Notes under the pieces: model-generated
Told to the model about the DNA's origin: nothing
Database searches by the model: none
The model's input: only the letters and a program-made list of their open reading frames with translations
Origin: an uncultured Bacteroidales bacterium
GTDB lineage: Bacteria; Bacteroidota; Bacteroidia; Bacteroidales; Muribaculaceae
Length of the DNA stretch: 64,000 bases
Reading direction: 5' to 3'
Assembly: GCA_902785925.1 (NCBI GenBank)
Contig: CADAAI010000012.1
Span: 2,179 to 66,178, forward strand
Part shown: positions 10,016 to 19,806 of the stretch, one piece after another
Position numbering within the stretch: the first letter of the stretch is position 1
Layout: each line of letters starts with the position of its first letter
Translations under genes and position numbers: made by a program

Positions 10016-10777
10016 ATGATAAATTTTAGATGGATATTGCTTGGTGTCATGCCCATGTTTCTCATGGGGTGTGGCACCAAGTCGCATACCTTATCTTTGG
10101 GAGATGTGATGGTAGTTAGTCATGTGGATGCTGGAGGAAAGAAGCTCATGGTGATGACACCTAGCAAGGATGCGCATTGGCGATTTGTGAGCCACAAGCA
10201 GATTGATTTTAAGGGTTCGCCCGATATTAACGACACTACTATATTTTTGAATGTGGCGGCGGCCTTCACACTTGACTTGACGTCGATGGACGTGTGTGGC
10301 GATCATGTGGTCGCTGGTGAGCGAATCAAGGGCTATGACGATGTTACTGCCACAGGCCATATGCTTATAGTTGATGACAAGGTGAAAATAGCTTCAAACG
10401 ATAAGCTAGAGCAATCGATACAGGAAGCTGTCGACGGTAAGGGTTATCTTTTCCAGCAATGCCTTATTGTAGAAGACGGGAAGGGATTTGTTGAGCGTGT
10501 ACCCGAAGCATTGCTCAATCGTAATCCAAGCATAATATATCGTGCTGTGTGTGTCAAAGCTGATGGCAGTGTAGTTGCTGTTCAGGGCGATGAGGCGATG
10601 TTGGTGAGCGAGTTCGTTGATGCTCTAGTGGCATTTGGAGCTCGTCAGGCGCTATATCTTGACATGGGCACCTGGGCATGGGGGTGGGTGCGTGAGTGGG
10701 ACAAGCTTCCACAAGAACTCAGTGAGCATTTCTTCAACACACGATTCCAAAGCAACTGGCTGCAAGTAACTCTTTAA
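10016..10777 (+). CDS. Lipoprotein, possibly phosphodiester glycosidase (DUF2233/NAGPA)-like
   Basis: Lipobox FLMGC. Starts 6 nt after the protease 2 stop. The overall segment order and the C-terminal ARQALYLDMGTWAWGW resemble the AxxLDGGGS end of DUF2233 proteins, but with the glycines replaced. Family assignment is from memory only. Confidence 0.4.
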   Translation: MINFRWILLGVMPMFLMGCGTKSHTLSLGDVMVVSHVDAGGKKLMVMTPSKDAHWRFVSHKQIDFKGSPDINDTTIFLNVAAAFTLDLTSMDVCGDHVVAGERIKGYDDVTATGHMLIVDDKVKIASNDKLEQSIQEAVDGKGYLFQQCLIVEDGKGFVERVPEALLNRNPSIIYRAVCVKADGSVVAVQGDEAMLVSEFVDALVAFGARQALYLDMGTWAWGWVREWDKLPQELSEHFFNTRFQSNWLQVTL

Positions 10778-10831
10778 GGTTATTTCGAGAAAACCCGATT
10801 GATTTGGGTTCAATATAGTGTTGATAAAAGT

Positions 10832-10865
10832 AAAGAGCCGTTCCAGTAAGCTGGAACGGCTCTTT
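10832..10865. terminator. Bidirectional hairpin terminator between convergent genes
   Basis: Perfect 15-bp stem AAAGAGCCGTTCCAG / CTGGAACGGCTCTTT with loop TAAG. Confidence 0.75.
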
Positions 10866-10884
10866 AATGTCATGGGTGTTTATA

Positions 10885-12069
10885 TTAATTCTCTATTCCA
10901 AGTAATACGTTATAGACTACAGTGATATCGGCTGCAGTTATCTCACCATCGCCACTTTGGTCGCCGTTGACCATATTTTCGGTGGTGCCATTAAGTAGGA
11001 AATTATAGAGTATTGTAATGTCGACTGAGTCAACTTGACCATCGCCGTTCACATCGCCAGGAATGCCTGGGGTTCCAATAGGAAGGACTGTGAGAGTCAT
11101 GTCGTTAGTGTTAAGGCGGAAGGTGAAATGTCCACCATTCTCCATGCGGAAGTTAGAACCATCAACCAACAGCAGAGGAGTGTTAAGCAGGTTATTATTG
11201 ATCAAGAAGTAGCCACCGCCCAACTCATCAATGCCACCTAACCATGTCCAGTCGTCACCATTAGGGGTTACAACCTTAAACTCAGCACCTGCCTCAAGTG
11301 TGCCTTCGGTCTCATAAACGCCTTCTTCTTCGGTTTCGGAAAATACTAAGCGGCCGCCATCCTCAAGTAGGCTCCAGCTATTGAATGTACCCACCAGATA
11401 GAACTCTGGGAGAGTGCCAGGAGTGTAGGTGAAAGTAGTCCAAGGAATAAAGTCACATTGCTGCTTATAGTAATAAGTTGCGGTCTCTTGATCTCCTGCA
11501 AGGCCTGCATGCCACATCACGCCCTGTCCTTTGAAGAGGAAGCGCTTCCAGCCTGCAGTGGTGGTATTCTCAAATCCAATTAGCAGATTGCCGCCAAGAT
11601 ACTTGTAAGGGGTATTAAATGTGATGGTCATTTCACCCCACTCATCATTTGTAGGACCTACTCTTTCAACGGTTACTGTACCTTGGTACACGATGGTACA
11701 ATTATCTTTTGGCTCAAAATCAAAATGACCTTCAGCAGCATCAAATGTGATATAATTTACCTCACCCACATAAACATCGGCAGTAGAAGCCGAAGTGTAG
11801 GGGGTGCTATAACTTGTTGAGTAGAACTTCACAGAAGTAATGTCTCCACCTTTCATCTGAGTTAAGTATTGGGCGGGGATAATGAATTGACTTTTGGTGC
11901 CTGGTTTGTTCCACTTGCGAATAAATGCAGGAAGGAAGTCGCTGGTTTTAATAGCTAAGTCTGTTCCTGTACCTTCGGTGGTTCCGTCAAACACTGTCAA
12001 TGTCTCTTGTGCAAATGCAGGCATGCACAATGCCCACATAAATAAACAGAGTAATAATTTTTTATTCAT
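10885..12069 (-). CDS. Secreted putative glycan-binding protein with C-terminal dockerin-type module (SusE/F position of the PUL)
   Basis: Signal peptide MNKKLLLCLFMWALCMPAFAQE. The C-terminus GDVNGDGQVDSVDITILYNFLL...GDQSGDGEITAADITVVYNVLLG has two DxNGDG calcium-loop segments. It lies directly downstream of susD. Confidence 0.7.
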   Translation of the reverse strand: MNKKLLLCLFMWALCMPAFAQETLTVFDGTTEGTGTDLAIKTSDFLPAFIRKWNKPGTKSQFIIPAQYLTQMKGGDITSVKFYSTSYSTPYTSASTADVYVGEVNYITFDAAEGHFDFEPKDNCTIVYQGTVTVERVGPTNDEWGEMTITFNTPYKYLGGNLLIGFENTTTAGWKRFLFKGQGVMWHAGLAGDQETATYYYKQQCDFIPWTTFTYTPGTLPEFYLVGTFNSWSLLEDGGRLVFSETEEEGVYETEGTLEAGAEFKVVTPNGDDWTWLGGIDELGGGYFLINNNLLNTPLLLVDGSNFRMENGGHFTFRLNTNDMTLTVLPIGTPGIPGDVNGDGQVDSVDITILYNFLLNGTTENMVNGDQSGDGEITAADITVVYNVLLGIEN

Positions 12070-12242
12070 AACAAAGATGTTTTTTGTTTATAAAATATTG
12101 TGTATTAAGTTAATGTGTTTGTAAGATGGGTTTTTGAGTTATATTTTGTTTGTAAATTAACCCACAAAGATAGGAATTTTTATTAAAAATATAAAAAGAA
12201 TGACAATTAAATAAATCCTAATGACCGATAGTAATAAAAGAA

Positions 12243-12270
12243 TATAGGGCGTGTCACGACACGCCCTATA
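12243..12270 (-). terminator. Hairpin between susD-like gene and the dockerin protein gene (terminator or attenuator)
   Basis: 11-bp stem TATAGGGCGTG / CACGCCCTATA with loop TCACGA. A T-rich stretch follows on the minus strand. Confidence 0.5.
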
Positions 12271-12286
12271 ATGCTATAGTTAAGGG

Positions 12287-13915
12287 CTAGTAGCCAGGGT
12301 TTTGTGAATCACCTGTTAGTGCTAGCACTTTGCCAGGTATTGGGAACACTGTGGTATAGCCATTGGCTTCGCCAGGGAGTTGTGGATGGTCGGTGTGGCT
12401 GCTGGTGAATGTGCCAAAGCGAATCATGTCGTTGCGGCGCCATCCCTCCCAAGCTAATTCAAGCATTCTCTCGGCAAGGATGTTGTCGAGAGTGGCGGTG
12501 CGATATGGCGCATTCACACGGCCACGTACCTCGTTTAGCGGTTCATCACCATTGTATCCGTTTCTCACCAATGCTTCAGCTTTCATGAGCAGCACGTCGG
12601 CATAGCGAAAGAGTACAATGTCGTTGTCGCTTTGGCAGCCGTCTTTAGTGGCTGTGGGATCAATCTCATATTTTCGCATTCTCGCTCCTGCAGTCTTTTC
12701 CCAGGGCTTACCACTAACGTCAAGAGTCACTTTCCACGGCTCATAAATTAGTGGAGTGCCATCGTCAAGCAGCACTGGATTGCCGTCGTAATCAAATACT
12801 TCGCCAGCATAGTAGGTTGACATAAAACGTGGGTCAAGATTGTCGGTCCCATATCCAAAGGTGTTGAGCGCCTCGATTGTGGCACTCGAACCATTCTCGC
12901 CGTTGAGTCCTAATGCAGCGGCATGATTGTAGTGGCGTGAGCGGAACAAGTAGATAAACAGGTTAGTGTAGAGGTGCTTGTCCATGGGGATTATGAAGAT
13001 GTTCTCGTCCGAGTTTTCATTATTGACAGCGAAGGGTTGTGCGAAGTAGTAGTCGAGCGTGTAGCCATGATTGGTAATATCATCGCAGAAATAGACAGCC
13101 GCTTCCCAAGAGTTCATTTTGTTGTCGTAGATGGTCCAATAGATGTCCTTGCCATTGGGGCGTGAAGTAGCGTTGGTCCAGTTGTCGTGGCAGTAGACTT
13201 CGGCGTTCAAGGCCAGTTTTGCAAGCAAGAAGTCGGCCACTGGCAGTGTGAAGCGACCATAATATTCTCCGTGCTTATTGCTACGACTATGGCTGAGCAA
13301 TGGTAAAATGTCAAGCAGTTCGTTGCGAATGAAGTTGAAAGTGGTGCTACGAGGCTGTAGCTTCATGTCGCCCATATCGGGAGCTGACTTGGTGAACACT
13401 GGCACACGTCCATACAGGTCCATGGCATAGAAATAGAACATGGCACGCAAACCGCGCACCTCGGCTTGCCATTTAGCCACGTTGTCATTGTTTGAGTGCT
13501 GCTCAAGAAAGGCATTGATGTGCTCTAGCGACTCGTTGCACTTGATGATTGCCTGGAACAGATAGTCCCAAGTGGCGTCGATGGCTCCGTTGCTGGTTCC
13601 CCACTGGTGTGTAAAGAGATCTTGCCAAAAACCACCGTCATACCAGTCGGCACCACGAGTGGGCATGATTGCCTCGTCGGTAGTAAATGTGTTCAAGTCA
13701 TAAACACCACGTCCTGTACCTTGCAGGCCCTGACTATTGGCGTTTCCTCCCACCATCGTGTAGAGAGAAACCACAGCGTTACGATAGAGCTCGCCCTCGG
13801 TGCTGTAAGCCTCATTGTCCGGAATACGGTCGGTTGGATCCTCCTCAAGGAACTTGTTGCAGGCAGTACAAGCGAGCAGTAAAAATGCTGTTATGTATAA
13901 TGAGATGTGTTTCAT
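12287..13915 (-). CDS. susD: SusD/RagB-family nutrient-binding outer-membrane lipoprotein
   Basis: 542 aa, lipobox LLACTAC. Typical SusD N-terminal (NKFLEEDPTD) and TPR-like helical segments. Immediately downstream of the SusC-like gene. Confidence 0.88.
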   Translation of the reverse strand: MKHISLYITAFLLLACTACNKFLEEDPTDRIPDNEAYSTEGELYRNAVVSLYTMVGGNANSQGLQGTGRGVYDLNTFTTDEAIMPTRGADWYDGGFWQDLFTHQWGTSNGAIDATWDYLFQAIIKCNESLEHINAFLEQHSNNDNVAKWQAEVRGLRAMFYFYAMDLYGRVPVFTKSAPDMGDMKLQPRSTTFNFIRNELLDILPLLSHSRSNKHGEYYGRFTLPVADFLLAKLALNAEVYCHDNWTNATSRPNGKDIYWTIYDNKMNSWEAAVYFCDDITNHGYTLDYYFAQPFAVNNENSDENIFIIPMDKHLYTNLFIYLFRSRHYNHAAALGLNGENGSSATIEALNTFGYGTDNLDPRFMSTYYAGEVFDYDGNPVLLDDGTPLIYEPWKVTLDVSGKPWEKTAGARMRKYEIDPTATKDGCQSDNDIVLFRYADVLLMKAEALVRNGYNGDEPLNEVRGRVNAPYRTATLDNILAERMLELAWEGWRRNDMIRFGTFTSSHTDHPQLPGEANGYTTVFPIPGKVLALTGDSQNPGY

Positions 13916-13929
13916 TGTCGCTAAAGTGT

Positions 13930-16641
13930 TTAAAATGTGATGTTTATTCCTAGTGTATAGTTGCGTGTAAGGGGATAGTTGCGCTTGTCGTCTACGCCTA
14001 GAGTGCCGTTCACGTTGTTGCTGTTGATAATGGGTGTGAGGCCGCTATAACTTGTGAACGTGGCTAGGTTATTGATTGTCACCGAGAGACGCAAGCGGCT
14101 TATTATCTTGCTATTCACAGGCACGTTCCATCCTATCGTGAGGTAGTCGAGATTGAGATAGTCGCCTCGCTCAAGCCAATAGTCGGTAGCCGTTTGATCC
14201 ATAATGTTTCTCTCGGGTGCGATGGCTAGCACGTTGTAGCCTGGCAGACTGTTCATGTTCATGTAAGTGAGCGACGTGCCGTTGTAGATTTTGTGTCCGA
14301 AGGCACCGTTCATCTGCAACGTGATGTCGAAGTTTTTGTAACGGAAGCTGAAATTGGAACCGAGCAGAGCCTTGGGAGTGGCCTGGCCACACAATTGGCG
14401 GTCTTTGCCGTTCTCCAAGTCAATGATGCCGTCACCATCAATATCGGCAATCTCGTAGGTGTAGCTGCCGTCATCGTTGTCTTTTAAACCAGTGCAGTGT
14501 GGAAGGTAGAATGTGCCAAGAGGCTGTCCCACAATTTGATAAACTATGTTGTTGTCTCCACCATGGAAACCTGCACCATTGAGGCTTGATATTACTACAT
14601 AATCATCGGCATTGATGTGATAACCTTGATATTCGCCACTGAGTGATAGCAGTTTGTTACGTTGGAATGCAAGGTTTATGTTCACGTTAAGTTCCATTTC
14701 ACGAGTCTTGAAAGGCGTGGCTCCTACCGAAATCTCCACACCGCTGTTGCGCATTTGGCCTAAGTTGGCAAGCAGATTGCTGAATGTGAATGGAGGTACA
14801 GGCACTCCATAGTTATATAGCATGTCGCTGGTTTTGCTCGAGTAGAAGTCTATTGCTGTAAAAATACGTCCAGCTAGGAATGCTGCATCGATGCCAGCAT
14901 TGAAGGTTCGCTTCACCTCCCATTTTAGGTCGGGATTCACGTTACGCAAAATGTCAAAGGTCACTAACGCCTCGTTGCCTACATGTGCTATGCCGGCAGG
15001 CTGCGCATAGCGAGCGCTGGAATAGGAATCGATACCTCCCTGATTGCCAGCAAGACCATAGCCCACCCTCAGCTTCAGGTTGTCGAGCCAAGGCGTGTTG
15101 TTCATGAATTGCTCATTGCTGATGGTCCAGGCGGCCGAGGCTGAGGGAAAGAATCCCCACTTGTGGTCAGCGCCAAACTTAGATGACCCGTCGGTGCGTG
15201 CCGTGAGAGTGATGCTGTAGCGCCCGGCGTAGTCGTAGCTCACTCGTCCCATGAATGCTATTAGCGACGGTTTCGAGCGGAAACTGCCAGTTCCTTCCCA
15301 CAAAGTGAGTGCACCTGCTTGAATGTTGTCAAAACCCACGTCGTTATTGTTGAAATTGGTGGTTGTGGTGAAGAAACCGCTGTAAGTGTCGCGCTCGGCT
15401 TCGGCAAGTGCCAAAGCGTTGATGTGGTGAAGAGCGAAGGCTTTGTCGTAAGTAAGCACGATGTTTCCGAGCAGTTGCTCAGTCTTAGCAGTGCTGCGAT
15501 AGGCTTGCCCGTGTGCCCAAATGCTGGTGGGCAGGAATTGCTGGCGTTCTATTTCGGTGTGGCTATAAGCGCCAAATACCGCCAGGCCGAGGCCTTCTGT
15601 AAGACGGAATGTGAGTTTGGCATGAGTGCTGATGTGGGTGGTGTTGTCTTGAGTGCGGCTATCCATGAGCGCCATGGGATGATTGATTTGGTTACTGTAA
15701 GCAAAGCCATCATATCCTCCATTGGCATTTTTCGCCGCCTCAAAAGTTGGGTTGAAGGTTGCCGCCGAATAGAAGGTCTTTTGTACATCATAGATTGCAG
15801 TCGTGTTCTTGTGTATATTGCCAAACATTCCCACGTCGATTTTCAGCAGTCCATCCCACATGTTTTGGTACATACTCATGTTGCTGGTGAAGTTGCGCGA
15901 CTTTTCGTGCAAAATGACACCGGCATGATCGACATAACCCAGCGACACACGGTAGCCGTTATCCTTGCCACCACCTCCAAATGCAATGTGATGGTCTTGG
16001 ATGAACGCGGTTTGCTGGATGGCTTGCTGCCAATTAGTGTTGAAGCCGTGGTCGATGAGCATTAGCCCTCGTGATTTCACTTCACGCACATAATCGCTGG
16101 CGTTGAGCATGTTGAGGTTCTTGAATACTTTGCTGAAGCCATAGCTGCCGTTATAGCTTATGGTGGTCTTGCCCGACTTTCCTTTTTTGGTTACAATCTC
16201 AATAACACCCGAAGCACCACGAGAGCCATATTGCGCCGTTTCGCTGGCATCCTTGAGGATGTTGAAACTTTCAATGTCGGCAGGATATACCGACGATAGG
16301 GTGGTAAGGTCGCCCATCACTCCATCAATGATGATTAGTGGGTCATTGCCACCAGTGAGTGATGTGGTGCCTCGCACTCTTACGGCATTCATTGCTGCTA
16401 CGCCATTGTCACTGCGGGTTATAGTGAGACCAGCCACACGTCCGTTGATAGCATCGAGAGCCGTTGACACCTGGTCTCGGTTCATGTCATTTTCGGTTAC
16501 CGTTTCTACGGACCCCGCACTGGCTCCAGCCTTGGCATAGCCCACCGTGGCAGTGGAGTCGGTGGCTGTAGTCACATAGGCTGCCATTGCAGTGGGTCCC
16601 ATTGCTGCCATAATTATTAGGAGAATTCTTCGGTATTTCAT
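13930..16641 (-). CDS. susC: SusC/RagA-family TonB-dependent outer-membrane transporter (short form)
   Basis: 903 aa. Plug motifs (INGRVAGL, IIIDGV, ASETAQYGSRGASGVIEI) and a C-terminal beta-barrel ending ...YTLGINITF. No carboxypeptidase-regulatory-like N-terminal domain is visible between the signal peptide and the plug. Confidence 0.88.
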   Translation of the reverse strand: MKYRRILLIIMAAMGPTAMAAYVTTATDSTATVGYAKAGASAGSVETVTENDMNRDQVSTALDAINGRVAGLTITRSDNGVAAMNAVRVRGTTSLTGGNDPLIIIDGVMGDLTTLSSVYPADIESFNILKDASETAQYGSRGASGVIEIVTKKGKSGKTTISYNGSYGFSKVFKNLNMLNASDYVREVKSRGLMLIDHGFNTNWQQAIQQTAFIQDHHIAFGGGGKDNGYRVSLGYVDHAGVILHEKSRNFTSNMSMYQNMWDGLLKIDVGMFGNIHKNTTAIYDVQKTFYSAATFNPTFEAAKNANGGYDGFAYSNQINHPMALMDSRTQDNTTHISTHAKLTFRLTEGLGLAVFGAYSHTEIERQQFLPTSIWAHGQAYRSTAKTEQLLGNIVLTYDKAFALHHINALALAEAERDTYSGFFTTTTNFNNNDVGFDNIQAGALTLWEGTGSFRSKPSLIAFMGRVSYDYAGRYSITLTARTDGSSKFGADHKWGFFPSASAAWTISNEQFMNNTPWLDNLKLRVGYGLAGNQGGIDSYSSARYAQPAGIAHVGNEALVTFDILRNVNPDLKWEVKRTFNAGIDAAFLAGRIFTAIDFYSSKTSDMLYNYGVPVPPFTFSNLLANLGQMRNSGVEISVGATPFKTREMELNVNINLAFQRNKLLSLSGEYQGYHINADDYVVISSLNGAGFHGGDNNIVYQIVGQPLGTFYLPHCTGLKDNDDGSYTYEIADIDGDGIIDLENGKDRQLCGQATPKALLGSNFSFRYKNFDITLQMNGAFGHKIYNGTSLTYMNMNSLPGYNVLAIAPERNIMDQTATDYWLERGDYLNLDYLTIGWNVPVNSKIISRLRLSVTINNLATFTSYSGLTPIINSNNVNGTLGVDDKRNYPLTRNYTLGINITF

Positions 16642-16694
16642 TTTTTGGGTTAATCTTAAAGTGTTAAATGTGATTGGAAATTAGGAAGCAGCCT

Positions 16695-17774
16695 TTAGTG
16701 CTTGTGGATGGTGACTTGGGTGGCACCGAAACCATATTCCTGGAAGCTTGCGTCTTGCACAGTGCATGCAGGCCACTTGCGCTTGAGCTCTGCAAGAATG
16801 GCATTACGCAGCACTCCCTCGCCCTTACCGTGGATAAATACGATTTTCTGTCCAAGTTTGTCCTCATTGGCTTTCATCACTTCGCAGAACTTTGCTAGTT
16901 GGTAGTTCAGCATGTCGGCATTGGAGAACCCCGCAAGGTTGTCGACCAATTCAGTGATGTGAAGGTCCTGAACGATAGTCTCCATTTTTTTCTTTTTGTG
17001 TACTTGCTTGGGCTGACGGCGGGGGCGGTCATCTTGGCGTCGCTTATCGCGCATGGCGTTCTCGAGTGCACTGCTGTCGATGCGCAATGGTTTAGCGGGC
17101 AAGTCGTTGTGGGTAATCTCGAGTTGTAGCACTGGCGAATCGAAGTATTCGCTCTCATGGAAACAATGCAGCTTGTAGAACTTAGTCACATCAAGTTTTA
17201 GCTGCACCAGTGCAGGGTTTTTGAGTGTAAATCCTTTGCCCTGCTTGAATGCAATGTACTGCACCGCCACGTGTGTCATCGAGTTTAGGTCGTTGTGGCC
17301 GAACTCGTCGAGTGGTACTTGCGTGTTAGGTTCCACGATGTCGTGGTAGCGTGTGGTCCACTCTCGGTCCTCGTCGCCACGTGTCATATAAGAGAAGTAG
17401 AGGAAGTAGTTGCTGTCGTTTACTAGCATTGAATAGAATGTAGTGGTGTTCAGGTGCTTGATTTCACGTGGCTCGTAGGCGAGTACAATGTTTAGAACCT
17501 CGCCTTCTTCGGTCTCAAAAACTGGCTCTATTGGTTCGGGTTTTGGTCTGGGGGCAGGCACGTCGGGCTCTACGAGTTTACTCTTTATTTCAAGCGGTTT
17601 CTCATAGGTGGTGTGATGAGGTTTGGCAGTATCGACCACGACAACTTCGCGTGCCAGAGCTGGACGCTCGAAACCGTCCTCATCCTCGACATAGACCATT
17701 TTTCCTTCCACTCTCGACACTCTGCCTCCACCCACATCATTGAGGAAGCGCACTATATCATTGACTTTTATCAT
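16695..17774 (-). CDS. Smr (MutS2-related) domain protein with DUF2027-like N-terminal region
   Basis: The C-terminal approx 80 aa carry the Smr signature (IVFIHGKGEGVLRNAI). The N-terminus is KOW-like (IVRFLNDVGGGRVSRVEGKMVYV). Confidence 0.7.
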   Translation of the reverse strand: MIKVNDIVRFLNDVGGGRVSRVEGKMVYVEDEDGFERPALAREVVVVDTAKPHHTTYEKPLEIKSKLVEPDVPAPRPKPEPIEPVFETEEGEVLNIVLAYEPREIKHLNTTTFYSMLVNDSNYFLYFSYMTRGDEDREWTTRYHDIVEPNTQVPLDEFGHNDLNSMTHVAVQYIAFKQGKGFTLKNPALVQLKLDVTKFYKLHCFHESEYFDSPVLQLEITHNDLPAKPLRIDSSALENAMRDKRRQDDRPRRQPKQVHKKKKMETIVQDLHITELVDNLAGFSNADMLNYQLAKFCEVMKANEDKLGQKIVFIHGKGEGVLRNAILAELKRKWPACTVQDASFQEYGFGATQVTIHKH

Positions 17775-17857
17775 ACTGTATGTTGTTGTGTTTAATTAAT
17801 CTATATTATCTCAGTGCAAATTTACGCATTTTTCATTAGTAATCACAAAAAAAGTTG

Positions 17858-17865
17858 TAACTTTG
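17858..17865 (+). promoter_or_regulatory. -7 promoter box TAACTTTG for the fumarase gene
   Basis: Exact TAnnTTTG, 44 nt upstream of the ATG at 17909. Confidence 0.55.
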
Positions 17866-17908
17866 CAATATTGAAAACAACGACAATAACTAATACATTT
17901 TTCTTATT

Positions 17909-19555
17909 ATGGCTAACACTCTTGAGTTTAAGTATGCCCCCATGTTCCAGCTTGGGGAAGACAAGACCGAGTATTACCTTCTTACCAAAGACCACGTGAG
18001 CGTGGGAGAGTTTGAAGGCAAACCAATCCTGAAAATAGAGCCCGAGGCGCTGACCAAGCTTGCCAATGCGTGCTTCCGCGACGTGTCGTTCATGTTGCGT
18101 CGTGCCCACAACGAGCAAGTGGCGAAAATCCTGAACGATCCCGAGGCTAGTGAGAACGATAAATATGTAGCGCTCACATTCCTGCGCAATGCCGAGACAT
18201 CGGTAAAGGGTCAGTTGCCATTGTGCCAAGACACAGGTACTGCTATCATTCATGGCGAGAAGGGCCAGCAGGTGTGGACTGGTTTCTGCGATGAGGAAGC
18301 CCTCTCACTTGGAGTTTTCAAGACCTATACCGAGGAGAACTTGCGTTACTCGCAGAATGCCCCCCTCACGATGTTTGACGAGGTCAACACCCGTTGCAAC
18401 TTGCCGGCACAAATTGACCTAGAGGCTACTGAGGGCATGGAATACAAGTTCCTGTGCGTGACCAAGGGTGGCGGCTCGGCCAATAAGACTTATCTGTATC
18501 AGGAGACCAAGGCCCGCATCCAGAACCCCGGCACTCTCATCCCCTTCCTCGTTGAGAAGATGAAATCGCTGGGAACCGCTGCTTGTCCTCCTTACCACAT
18601 TGCTATCGTGATTGGCGGTACTAGTGCCGAGAAGAACCTGCTCACCGTGAAGCTGGCTTCTACTCACTACTATGACGAACTGCCAACCACTGGCGACGAG
18701 ACCGGTCGCGCCTTCCGCGACATCGAACTTGAGAAGCAGTTGCTTGATGAGGCACAGAACATTGGTTTGGGAGCACAGTTCGGCGGCAAATATTTGGCCC
18801 ACGACGTGCGCGTGGTACGCTTGCCTCGTCACGGTGCAAGCTGTCCTATTGGCTTGGGTGTGAGCTGTAGCGCCGACCGCAATATCAAGGCAAAAATCAA
18901 CAAGGATGGTATCTGGATTGAGAAACTTGATGACAACCCAGGTGAATTGATTCCTGCTGAGCTTCGTGAGGCAGGTGAGGGCGATGCTGTGAAGATTGAC
19001 CTCAACCAGCCCATGAGCGAAGTGTGCAAGATACTGAGTCAGTATCCCGTTAGTACACGTTTAAGCCTTAATGGTACAATTATTGTGGGCCGCGACATTG
19101 CTCATGCCAAGATTAAAGCTCGCCTCGATGCAGGTGAGGGCATGCCCCAGTATCTCAAGGATCATCCCATCTACTATGCAGGGCCAGCCAAGACTCCAGC
19201 CGGCATGGCATGCGGTTCGATGGGTCCGACTACAGCAGGCCGTATGGACCCCTATGTTGACGAGTTCCAAGACCATGGTGGCAGCCTTATAATGCTTGCC
19301 AAGGGTAACCGTTCGCAAGCCGTTACCGACGCTTGCAAGAAGCACGGTGGCTTCTACTTGGGTAGCATTGGTGGACCAGCAGCAATTCTGGCGCAGAACA
19401 ATATCAAGAGCATTGAGTGCGTTGAGTATCCCGAGCTGGGGATGGAGGCAATATGGAAAATCGAAGTTGAAGACTTCCCAGCATTCATCCTTGTTGATGA
19501 TAAGGGTAACGACTTCTTCAAGCAAATCAAGCCCCGCTGCCCAATGTGTAAATGA
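17909..19555 (+). CDS. fumB: Class I (Fe-S dependent) fumarate hydratase
   Basis: 548 aa, the same length class as FumA/FumB. Fused alpha and beta hydrolyase regions ([15 protein letters not shown], a C-terminal beta-type domain). Confidence 0.9.
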   Translation: MANTLEFKYAPMFQLGEDKTEYYLLTKDHVSVGEFEGKPILKIEPEALTKLANACFRDVSFMLRRAHNEQVAKILNDPEASENDKYVALTFLRNAETSVKGQLPLCQDTGTAIIHGEKGQQVWTGFCDEEALSLGVFKTYTEENLRYSQNAPLTMFDEVNTRCNLPAQIDLEATEGMEYKFLCVTKGGGSANKTYLYQETKARIQNPGTLIPFLVEKMKSLGTAACPPYHIAIVIGGTSAEKNLLTVKLASTHYYDELPTTGDETGRAFRDIELEKQLLDEAQNIGLGAQFGGKYLAHDVRVVRLPRHGASCPIGLGVSCSADRNIKAKINKDGIWIEKLDDNPGELIPAELREAGEGDAVKIDLNQPMSEVCKILSQYPVSTRLSLNGTIIVGRDIAHAKIKARLDAGEGMPQYLKDHPIYYAGPAKTPAGMACGSMGPTTAGRMDPYVDEFQDHGGSLIMLAKGNRSQAVTDACKKHGGFYLGSIGGPAAILAQNNIKSIECVEYPELGMEAIWKIEVEDFPAFILVDDKGNDFFKQIKPRCPMCK

Positions 19556-19611
19556 TGCATAATGCACAACAGGGCTGCGGCTTGAGTTGATGCAGAAAGA
19601 GTGATTTAAAG

Positions 19612-19645
19612 AATGAGATTGGAGGGAACTCCAGTCTCATTTTTG
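19612..19645 (+). terminator. Intrinsic terminator after the fumarase gene
   Basis: 13-bp stem AATGAGATTGGAG / CTCCAGTCTCATT (one G-U pair), loop GGAA, followed by TTTT. Confidence 0.75.
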
Positions 19646-19730
19646 TGTGTGGGTATTGTGCTTAGAAGTTCTACTTGCCAATTATACATTATTATTTTTG
19701 GAAAAATGAGGTTAAATCAAAATAAATATG

Positions 19731-19738
19731 TAACTTTG
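19731..19738 (+). promoter_or_regulatory. -7 promoter box TAACTTTG for the PBP1A gene
   Basis: Exact TAnnTTTG upstream of the ATG at 19807. Confidence 0.5.
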
Positions 19739-19806
19739 CAAGTTAATAGACTAGGCTAGTGGCCTTGATAAGAAAATTAGACTAAACATTCAAAAAATAT
19801 ATAGTA

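Noticed and set aside
15319-16065. 248-aa plus-strand ORF inside the susC-like gene
   Set aside because: It is an antisense shadow of a TonB-dependent transporter gene that has clear plug and barrel motifs.
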